Assembly: GCA_004764695.1 (NCBI GenBank)
Contig: SMSO01000022.1
Coordinates: 1 to 31,783 of the forward strand
Length of the DNA: 31,783 nucleotides
Reading direction: 5' to 3'
Origin: Schizochytrium sp. TIO01
Taxonomy: Eukaryota; Protista; Bigyra: Labyrinthulomycetes
Shown: positions 1 to 8,312 of the stretch, piece by piece
Position numbering within the stretch: position 1 is the first letter of the stretch
How the letters are laid out: every line of letters begins with the position of its first letter
The notes under the pieces: generated by a model
Database searches by the model: none
Seen by the model: only the letters and a program-made list of their open reading frames with translations
What the model was told of the DNA's origin: nothing
Position numbers and translations under genes: made by a program

Positions 1-270
1 TAACCTAACCTAACCTAACCTAACCTAACCTAACCTAACCTAACCTAACCTAACCTAACCTAACCTAACCTAACCTAACCTAACCTAACCTAACCTAACC
101 TAACCTAACCTAACCTAACCTAACCTAACCTAACCTAACCTAACCTAACCTAACCTAACCTAACCTAACCTAACCTAACCTAACCTAACCTAACCTAACC
201 TAACCTAACCTAACCTAACCTAACCTAACCTAACCTAACCTAACCTAACCTAACCTAACCTAACCTAACC
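1..270 (-). repeat. Telomeric repeat (TAACC)54 = (TTAGG)n on the minus strand
   Basis: Perfect 5-mer array from base 1, C-rich strand 5', as expected for a left chromosome end. Confidence 0.98.
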
Positions 271-476
271 TTACCTAACCTTACCTAACCTTACCTAACC
301 TTACCTAACCTTACCTAACCTTACCTAACCTTACCTAACCTTACCTAACCTTACCTAACCTTACCTAACCTTACCTAACCTTACCTAACCTTACCGAACC
401 TTACCGAACCTTACCGAACCTAACCTTACCGAACCTAACCTTACCTAACCTACTATCATTCACCTAACCTTACCTA
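271..476 (-). repeat. Variant/degenerate proximal telomeric repeats
   Basis: (TTACCTAACC)x12 at 271-390, (TTACCGAACC)x3 at 391-420, then mixed TAACC/TTACC/GAACC decaying to ~476. Confidence 0.95.
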
Positions 477-744
477 TTATTATACATTATATTTATTAAT
501 GATTTTACAATAAAAAGTTTAATGAAGAATTTAAAATATTTTCTTTTAAAAATTAAAAAGATTTTATGCGCCTGCTGACATTCGTGGATATGGGAGACTT
601 CAATAAGAACAGTATATAATATGATGGAAGTCCTTTGTCTAATTTGTAGAACTATTTTTTCACCACAATTCAATGTTGATCGTCGATGAATTGTGAAGCG
701 TTCTAGTGGTGCTTGTAGAAAAGTTCTACCTATTTCATTGATAG

Positions 745-831
745 TGTCAAGAGATAATCTATATATGGGACCGGGGTATACTAGGTATTGACGAGTGGTC
801 ATTAGTCACGCCTTTTTATAGCCCCTTAACA
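745..831 (+). mobile_element. Solo LTR of TRIM-A (87 bp), inverted relative to the full element
   Basis: TGTCAAGAG...CCCCTTAACA is the exact reverse complement of 1880-1966 and 2157-2243. TG...CA ends. Flanks GATAG/ATATC do not form a TSD. Confidence 0.93.
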
Positions 832-1879
832 ATATCTTTCCCCGTTGTTGAGAAAATGAGTCTTATACTAAACAATTTATTCTCTGTCCTGCTCACAAAA
901 TAGAGTGACAACTTGGAGCTTCTTTTCTCAAACTTAAAAGAAGATTTTCTCTCATAAATCAAATGAGGCCACCTCAACAAGCCATGCCTTATCCAGTGGT
1001 TCTTCTAGAAAAGTTCTGCTTATTCTACTCATAGAGTTAGAACACTACTAAATTCGGTTCCTCCCCCCTATTAATAATATGGGAGACTAAGAAATGTCTT
1101 TCAAAAGTCAATAAAACATACTTTAAATTTTATTTTTTCTGAACCAACACATCTACCCTGTTGCAAATGAAAACTGCTTTCCAACGGTACCACTCGATGA
1201 TTAATATATTACTCCATTGTTGAGAAAATGAATCTTATACTAACCATTTAATTCTCTGTCCTGCTCACAAAATAGAGTGACAACTTGGAGCTTCTTTTCT
1301 CAAGCTTGCAAGAAGAATTTCTCTCATAAATTAAATGCGAACATCTCAGCAATTAATTTCCTATCGATTGGTTCTTCCATAAAAGTTCTGTTTATTCTTC
1401 TCAAAGAGTTAGATCACTACTAAACTTGGTTTCCTTCCCCTATTAATAATATGAGAGACCAAAAATAAACTTTCAAAGGTCAGTAAAAAAACATTTCAAT
1501 ACTATTTCACCTGAGCAAACACATCTACCCTGTTGCAAATGAAAACTGCTTTCCAACGGTACCACTCGATGATTAATATATTACTCCATTGTTGAGAAAA
1601 TGAATCTTATACTAACCATTTAATTCTCTGTCCTGCTCACAAAATAGAGTGACAACTTGGAGCTTCTTTTCTCAAGCTTGCAAGAAGAATTTCTCTCATA
1701 AATTAAATGCGAACATCTCAGCAATTAATTTCCTATCGATTGGTTCTTCCATAAAAGTTCTGTTTATTCTTCTCAAAGAGTTAGATCACTACTAAACTTG
1801 GTTTCCTTCCCCTATTAATAATATGAGAGACCAAAAATAAACTTTCAAAGGTCAGTAAAAAAACATTTCAATACTATTT

Positions 1880-2243
1880 TGTTAAGGGGCTATAAAAAGG
1901 CGTGACTAATGACCACTCGTCAATACCTAGTATACCCCGGTCCCATATATAGATTATCTCTTGACACCCCCCCATTCTCTGGGCGAAAGGTTCATATTTC
2001 GGTTAGAGACTGATTCGACATCCCAGCAGGAATAGGACTCCCCTACCCCCCAGTAAGTCCTTCTTTTTCCAGGCACTTACATCATGGGGGGATCGAACCC
2101 GGGACCAACATACGGCAACTCTATCTCCTAGAGTTTCAGCTATTTGACTCTTAATCTGTTAAGGGGCTATAAAAAGGCGTGACTAATGACCACTCGTCAA
2201 TACCTAGTATACCCCGGTCCCATATATAGATTATCTCTTGACA
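1880..2243 (-). mobile_element. TRIM-A: miniature non-autonomous LTR retrotransposon, 364 bp
   Basis: Identical 87-bp LTRs (1880-1966, 2157-2243) with TG...CA ends. 5-bp TSD TATTT (1875-1879, 2244-2248). PPT AGAGAATGGGGGGG (1980-1967). PBS 2156-2141 shared with the Copia. No ORF. The empty site is visible in the neighbouring identical unit at 1503-1507. Confidence 0.95.
2141..2156 (-). promoter_or_regulatory. TRIM-A primer-binding site (half-tRNA-Lys(CUU) type)
   Basis: GATTAAGAGTCAAATA directly abuts the 5' LTR and is identical to the Copia PBS. Its complement contains GACT-CTT-AATC, the tRNA-Lys(CUU) anticodon loop. Confidence 0.8.
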
Positions 2244-2908
2244 TATTTCACCTGAGCAAACACATCTACCCTGTGGTAAATTGCATCAGCTTTCCAACGG
2301 TACCCCTCCATGATTAATATATTGCTTCATTGTTGAGAAAATTAATCCTATACTAATCATTTTATTCTTTATCCTGCCAACAAATAGAGTAACAACTTAG
2401 AGCTTCTTTTCTCAAAATTTAAAGAAGATTTTCTCTCATAAATCAAATGAGGCCACCTCAAAACTACATGCCTTATCCAGTGGTTCTTCTAGAAAAGTTC
2501 TGTTTATTCTACTCATAGATTTAGAACATTACTAAATTCGGTTCCTTCCCCCTATTAATAATATGAGAGACCAAAAATAAACTTTCAAAGGTCAGTAAAA
2601 CTATATGTTAAAAGTATTTTTTCTGAGAAAACACATCTACCCTGTTGTAAATTCAAGCAGCTTTCCAATGGTACCACTCGATGATTAATATATTATCTCA
2701 TTGTTGAGATATTGAATCTTCTACTATTCAATTTACCCTTTATCCTGCTAATAAATAGAGTAACAACTTGGAGCTTCTTTTCTCAAGCTTGCAAAAATAT
2801 TTTCAATCATAAATCAAATGTGGGCATCTCATCAATGAATTTGCTATCGATTGGTTCTTCTATAAAAGTTCTGTTTACTCTACTTATAGAGTTAAAACAC
2901 TACTAACT

Positions 2909-3490
2909 TGACAAGCGATAGCGAAGGTTGGTGACAACAAAGATCGGTTTAAACTTTAAGGCTTGTTGCTCTGTAACTTAGTTTCGGGTCTGCTGCCATC
3001 GAAGACTTTCTGCTTCGATTTTGCAGCATATAACTCGGACTCCTAGTGTTTACGCAATGTATTCACTAGTGCCTCGGACTTCTATTGTTTACCCAATGTA
3101 AACATTAGCAGCCATTTTCTTTTCCCTCTCTCTGAGAGAAACTGGTCGGCTTTTGGAAGAAGACTCCTAGCCAGAGTCTTAGTCCAAGTACAAGCCGTCC
3201 CGCGTTGGTCAACAAGTCGAACGCCATCTGTCGTTCTTCCCGTGGCCAGCGAATCAACCGTCCGTCGTTCACCTCAGGTCCCCCCTCTACTTAAGAGGGG
3301 ACCTGAACTTTCTGAGGCACACGGCTCACCAGCACCTCTTGCGTCAGACGTTTGCGCAGTGCCTCACTAGCCAGTCCAACAGTCGACCAGGTACTCAACT
3401 TACCTGCCGACTCTCTGACTGGCTCTCGTGGCACGGAACCGGGTAACGGGACAGCAGCCCCGCAGGGACGTTCCTCTCTGTGCTCCGACA
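2909..3490 (-). repeat. Copia copy 1, 3' LTR
   Basis: Direct repeat of 8313-8894, preceded on the minus strand by the PPT. Confidence 0.97.
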
Positions 3491-6400
3491 CCCCCTGCCC
3501 CCAATGCTCTGGTTGACACTCCAACAAGAATTCCATGTTGGTGCTCAACCCATTGCGGGACACGGAGCCCAGTCTCTGCAACACATTGACTCCGACAGGC
3601 TTGGTTAGAATGTCTGCCAACTGATGAGTGGTCTTGACAAAATATAAGTCAAACTCACCATTTCGCAACATGTCTCGAACAACCAACTCTCGAATGTCAA
3701 GGTGTTTGGCACGTGAGGCAAACTGATGGTTACGCAAAGTAGCCAAGGTTGACTGGCTATCGCTAATCATCATGCTGGGTTCCTTCAACTGACCACCCAA
3801 CTCAGCAAAGAGTCTTCTCATTTTGCATAAGTCTGCAGCAGCCTGAGATAACGCATACATCTCACTTTCCATGCTGCTCATCGCAATAGCAGGTTGGGAC
3901 TTGGACTTGGCCAGAATTAGGCTACCTCCAAGAAAGATCATCCAACCACTCGTACTACTGCGAGTACTTATGCAATCCGCCCACGACGCGTCAACGTTAC
4001 ACTTCAAGTTAAGTTCTGACTCCTTAACTCCAGTCAGTGTGAACGTTTGACCCATGGTCTTCTTGATGTAACCATATGCACGTTCAAGCTCTTTCATATG
4101 CTCAGGCCCATTGCTGTGCAAGTGTCGAGAGAGAAGACGGACTGTATTTCTCAATTCAGGGCGAACATTGCATAGGTACACCAAGCAGCCTACCATGTTC
4201 CGGTAGCGGTCCTGCGACTCTTTGCCTTCGAGGAATGGTAGTTGTACATTCGGAGTACTCGGACTTCTGGCTGTGTGCACACCTTCAAGACCAAAGCGAG
4301 TGAGTATACTTTGTTCATACTCAGCCATGTCGAAGGTGACAGTTCTCGCAGTAGCATCGAACTTCCATGTCATACCAAGAAGACGGCCTTGCTGTTGATC
4401 AACAGTGATGCCTATATCGTTCTTCTGCAAGTGAAGAATCAGCTTCTTGATAAAGAGTTCGGTACCAAAGACCACCATGTCATCTACGTAGATGATCAAC
4501 ATCAGGTCACTACAAGTGAACATGCACGGTGCCGTATCACATGCCTTGAGTCCAAAACTCTCAAGGATTCCTCGAATGTGCAGATACCAGTCCAGACTCG
4601 CACTGGCAAGGCCGTAGCAGGCCTTGTTAAGCTTGACAACATGACCAGGTGGAACATTTAACATACGGGACACTTCTTTGGATGGACGCATGAACACATC
4701 ACGGTCCAACTTGGGATGGAGGAAGGCTTGCTTGGCATCGATGGTCATCATGACCCAATCTTTGTGACTCAAGCCCATAACAATTCCCATAAAGACCTCT
4801 GTCATGCTGGCAGTGGGGGATGAGAACTCCCCCGGAGTGAAACCCTTTTCATAGTTTCCACGCATGCACAGACGCATCTTCATTCGTCCCGAAGACTTCA
4901 CTTTGCCAGCCCAAATGGTCGGCAGAATCTCACCAGTCTTCTTTGCAACAGCTTCCTTAACAAATCCGTCAAAGGTATTATGGCGTTTCATACCTTCGAT
5001 CTCGGCTTCCGCAGCTCGGAGCCAGAGGGTTTGTTCAGCACGTGGTAGCTTTGCAATCTGTCCAAAATGTTCAGGTGTCGTCAGCTTACTCAAGTCTGTA
5101 CCTTCCGGAGCGTAGACCTTGTCAATGTACATGTCCAGAGGATCATCAGCAATCAAGTCATCAATCTCTACATCTTTCAACAAACGTTCAGGAGTAGAAA
5201 GAATCTTACGGCGTCTTTTCGCAGCATCAGATTGAGCCATGAGGGCGGCATTGGTGCGAGGACGAAGGCGTGTTGGTAGGATATTCGCTTGCGCTTCTTG
5301 AGAGGTAGGCTTAACAGCAGGTAGCATACCATTGCCATAGCGAACATTATTATGAATCACCACGTTTCCTTCGTCAGACGAGTCTTCATCCACAACAGCT
5401 GAGTCCCCCACATCACCGGATGCATCTTCTTCAGCGTTAAGGTCAGGCTCGTCTTCGTCACCACTATCCTCCAAAGAGACAAGGTCTTCCACATGTTGAG
5501 CCACATTGGTGTCTTCCACTGCTGCATCTTCTTCTTCATAAACAGGTGCTGCATCTGATCCAGCAATAGTAGACACGTCATCCCAGTCATCAGACTTTGC
5601 TAAAGTGTCTAGTGCTTCTCCCCCCTGGAGTGATGGGGAAACCTGAGGAGAAGAAGAGACAGGGTCAAGGCCACGCGACTGCGCAGTGGCCAGAGCAAAG
5701 GCCTCCTCCGGATGATCTTGCGGAGAAGGAAACGTATACTCAAAGAAGGTTGCGGTACGGCGATACACAAGCTTGTGTGTATCCAGCATGAAAAATATAG
5801 ATGTACCAAACGTGTGAGTATCAGAAGGTCCTAAATAAATCCCAGAACGAGCTCGGCCACTGAACTTAGACTTTTCCAGCGGGGTTCCAGGGTGAGCACG
5901 ATGAACCAACGAGTAACACCCAAAAACACGAAGAGACGATAGGTCAGGACGCTGGCCAGTTCCAAGTTCATACGGAGACTTCCCCCCAGACGATGGAGGG
6001 ATATGACTAAGCACATAAGCGGCCATGTGAATAGCATAAGGCCAGAACTTGGTGGGAAGTTTCGTTTCAGCCATTGCTGCTTGAGCAAGAGGAACAACAC
6101 TTCCAATCGCTCGTTCAGCAATACCATTTCCCCAGTGTTCATGCGCTGCACACGCATGAATTGGCCATTGACGACGTGTCATGACCGCTTCAAACTCATC
6201 CGCAAGAAAGGCATTATCGGCATAAACCTGCACATGTGGTGAGATTTCTCCACCCTTGGACCACTTTGCGACAAAATGGTCGAACGCATCCAAAAGCGAT
6301 TCCGCAGTAAGGTCCTTGACAAACTCCACAAAGATCTCTTTCGTGAACACATCACGAAAGAGAATAAAGTATCGATGGCCACCGATACTCATAACTTTCT

Positions 6401-8267
6401 TGCCACTGGCGTCAATCGATACCCCCTGTCTGGGACCCTCTACTCTTTGTACGTGAGGTCCACTTGGCACAGCTAAAAGACGGGATTTCGAGAGTCCACA
6501 CGCAGGACAAGCACGACTTTCTTCGTCAAGCTTGACATGAAAGTTGTCCACATTCTTCTCAATGTCCTGGAGTCGAGAGACTCCCACATGACAGAGACGA
6601 CGATGAGCAAGCTCAACCGGCAAAGTCTTCTTTCCTGGGAAACCTTTTGGCTTGGGTTTCACAGTCTCCAAGACTTCTTGTTGCAGTTCCTGGGGAACAT
6701 CTTTGTCCCCCTTACTCGTCGGAGTTACCTCCTCAACTTCATGTTCTTGCGGAACGAAATATTCCGCTGGAACACGAAGTAATCCACCGTTGGTGATCAG
6801 CTTGATCACCAACTTCTCCTTGGGCTTAACCAAAGTCCAAGGTTTGTTGACTCCAGATTCAATATAAATGCCTTCTGCCTCCAAAGCATCACGGCCTAAG
6901 AGAGTAACGGCAAGTCCCGGGGCATATAGGGCATTTCGAACCTTTAGGTAGCGCAGCCTACAACCTTCAGTAATGACCTTGATTTTCAGGGTACCGCGAT
7001 GAGTGGCAATCAAAGGTCCGCCCTTGGCAATGTTGATCTCCACTTGATCCGAAGTGCTGAGCTTTTCGACACCAACTAACATGTCCAAGTTGTGGACTAG
7101 TACGTCAGTTGCTCCAGTGTCAACAAGAACATGTCCTCGCTCCGCAAGTTCATGGGAATCAGAAAAGTAGGCCGAATTCGATGCCTTCCTCATGCGCTGA
7201 TGTTCCCAAGTAGAGATGGCATGCTTCAGACCTTCTGGCACATTGGCTTGCCAGTCAGGGTCAATGTCTTTCTCCAGAGTTTGGCACTCTGCGACAGTAT
7301 GGCCATCATTCTTGAGGCAGCGAAAACAGAAGAGGTTCTTCTTTCTCGAGCGCTTCGGTCCTTGGGCAACGAAAGCGGTTCGTTGCTTTCCACTAGTCGG
7401 GCCTGCTCCACGATAGGCAGATGACTCAAGTCTAGTAGTACTTGGAGTAGGTTGAGCCAAAGACTTTCCCTGACCTTCAAGTCCTTGCAGCGTTGACTTG
7501 ATCATCTGCATCAGCTTGATGGGATCCACCGAGTCTTGTGTCTCCGTGAATTGAAGCACAACACTTTCCACAGCAGGAATGTAAGTGGGGGCATTGTTCT
7601 TCACAATCATAAAGGTCACAAGGTTGATTGCCTCTTGTGGATCGGATACGCGAAGCTTCGCGTGAAGCTTCTGCATTTCGATCATGTACGATTGATATCC
7701 TTCAGATCCTTTCGAGGGATCCCACGATAGGATTGACTGCTTGTTGATGGTTTCAACCATCCGCGACGGTTTGCTCCGAGCGTTTACCTTCACCAGGTTG
7801 TACAACGCATGTATTCCCATCGTAGGGTTCACATTGCCATCTTGGTGAAGAACTCCTATAAACATCTCGGCTCCAAACCTAAGTACTTCGTATAGTACCA
7901 TGTCCACAGTATTATTCCACCCATTGGGTAGGTTCGTGTTACGCATGGGCATCCCATTCATATTGACCATTGGTCTCCAGTTGAGCGTCCAATGGCTCTC
8001 TCCAATTCGGACTGAGAAGTTGAAGAGCATAAACACCGACAGTGCATTCCAGAAGGTCTCAAATCCTTCCGCCGTAGCGTCTTCAAGCTTTACCTTGTCC
8101 AGTCCCTTCCACGAGGGGGCAAGCGCTTGCCCCACTCTGGCTCCCATCGGGAGTTCGGCGGTCTCTACCGCAGGCGCCGCCCTCATCGGCGTGCCATTCA
8201 ACCCACGACCAACTCGCCCACGCGGCGGTGTCATATCATCAGCCTCAAAATCCTCTTGGCGATTCAT
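3291..8267 (-). CDS. Copia Gag-Pol polyprotein (Gag-protease-integrase-RT-RNase H), 1658 aa from the first ATG
   Basis: Zn knuckle CFRCLKNDGHTVAEC; protease VDTGAT; HHCC AHRRLCH...CPAC; integrase SIDAS/YADNA/NGIAER; RT IDAKQAFL, LNKACYGL, YVDD; RNase H VDASWAD...ADILTK. IN before RT is Copia order. The ORF track starts at GTG 8285; first ATG is 8267. Confidence 0.97.
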   Translation of the reverse strand: MNRQEDFEADDMTPPRGRVGRGLNGTPMRAAPAVETAELPMGARVGQALAPSWKGLDKVKLEDATAEGFETFWNALSVFMLFNFSVRIGESHWTLNWRPMVNMNGMPMRNTNLPNGWNNTVDMVLYEVLRFGAEMFIGVLHQDGNVNPTMGIHALYNLVKVNARSKPSRMVETINKQSILSWDPSKGSEGYQSYMIEMQKLHAKLRVSDPQEAINLVTFMIVKNNAPTYIPAVESVVLQFTETQDSVDPIKLMQMIKSTLQGLEGQGKSLAQPTPSTTRLESSAYRGAGPTSGKQRTAFVAQGPKRSRKKNLFCFRCLKNDGHTVAECQTLEKDIDPDWQANVPEGLKHAISTWEHQRMRKASNSAYFSDSHELAERGHVLVDTGATDVLVHNLDMLVGVEKLSTSDQVEINIAKGGPLIATHRGTLKIKVITEGCRLRYLKVRNALYAPGLAVTLLGRDALEAEGIYIESGVNKPWTLVKPKEKLVIKLITNGGLLRVPAEYFVPQEHEVEEVTPTSKGDKDVPQELQQEVLETVKPKPKGFPGKKTLPVELAHRRLCHVGVSRLQDIEKNVDNFHVKLDEESRACPACGLSKSRLLAVPSGPHVQRVEGPRQGVSIDASGKKVMSIGGHRYFILFRDVFTKEIFVEFVKDLTAESLLDAFDHFVAKWSKGGEISPHVQVYADNAFLADEFEAVMTRRQWPIHACAAHEHWGNGIAERAIGSVVPLAQAAMAETKLPTKFWPYAIHMAAYVLSHIPPSSGGKSPYELGTGQRPDLSSLRVFGCYSLVHRAHPGTPLEKSKFSGRARSGIYLGPSDTHTFGTSIFFMLDTHKLVYRRTATFFEYTFPSPQDHPEEAFALATAQSRGLDPVSSSPQVSPSLQGGEALDTLAKSDDWDDVSTIAGSDAAPVYEEEDAAVEDTNVAQHVEDLVSLEDSGDEDEPDLNAEEDASGDVGDSAVVDEDSSDEGNVVIHNNVRYGNGMLPAVKPTSQEAQANILPTRLRPRTNAALMAQSDAAKRRRKILSTPERLLKDVEIDDLIADDPLDMYIDKVYAPEGTDLSKLTTPEHFGQIAKLPRAEQTLWLRAAEAEIEGMKRHNTFDGFVKEAVAKKTGEILPTIWAGKVKSSGRMKMRLCMRGNYEKGFTPGEFSSPTASMTEVFMGIVMGLSHKDWVMMTIDAKQAFLHPKLDRDVFMRPSKEVSRMLNVPPGHVVKLNKACYGLASASLDWYLHIRGILESFGLKACDTAPCMFTCSDLMLIIYVDDMVVFGTELFIKKLILHLQKNDIGITVDQQQGRLLGMTWKFDATARTVTFDMAEYEQSILTRFGLEGVHTARSPSTPNVQLPFLEGKESQDRYRNMVGCLVYLCNVRPELRNTVRLLSRHLHSNGPEHMKELERAYGYIKKTMGQTFTLTGVKESELNLKCNVDASWADCISTRSSTSGWMIFLGGSLILAKSKSQPAIAMSSMESEMYALSQAAADLCKMRRLFAELGGQLKEPSMMISDSQSTLATLRNHQFASRAKHLDIRELVVRDMLRNGEFDLYFVKTTHQLADILTKPVGVNVLQRLGSVSRNGLSTNMEFLLECQPEHWGQGVSEHREERPCGAAVPLPGSVPREPVRESAGKLSTWSTVGLASEALRKRLTQEVLVSRVPQKVQVPS
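3491..3502 (-). promoter_or_regulatory. Copia copy 1 polypurine tract
   Basis: GGGGGCAGGGGG immediately before the 3' LTR TGTC. Confidence 0.88.
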
Positions 8268-8296
8268 TGTTCTCCAGTCACTCACGGCTTCAAGCT

Positions 8297-8312
8297 TATT
8301 TGACTCTTAATC
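8297..8312 (-). promoter_or_regulatory. Copia copy 1 primer-binding site (half-tRNA-Lys(CUU) type)
   Basis: GATTAAGAGTCAAATA abuts the 5' LTR. No TGG start. Complementary to a tRNA-Lys(CUU) anticodon arm ending at position 40. Confidence 0.8.

Larger units (their letters stand above)
832..2908. repeat. ~370-bp subtelomeric tandem satellite, segment 1 (contains TRIM-A; a diverged partial unit also lies at ~640-744)
   Basis: Marker TTGTTGAGA at 845, 1217, 1589, 2330 and 2701: spacings 372, 372, 372+369 (insertion) and 371. Confidence 0.95.

Noticed and set aside
1-270. TTAGG telomere as evidence of an arthropod, with TRAS/SART-type telomeric elements
   Set aside because: The 18S is not metazoan-like, and the elements are LTR Copia types in the satellite, not non-LTR elements in the TTAGG array.
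470-802. 110-aa ORF next to the telomere
   Set aside because: Chimeric across solo LTR, satellite and AT-rich DNA. No recognisable domain.
2085-2156. An intact tRNA gene in TRIM-A or TRIM-B
   Set aside because: Only partial arms and boxes, no acceptor stem. The anticodon-like PBS and the B-box are on opposite strands.
4076-8310. Many short ORFs overlapping Copia copy 1 (and their twins in copy 2)
   Set aside because: Antisense or alternate-frame shadows of Gag-Pol with no motifs. They recur only because the element is present twice.
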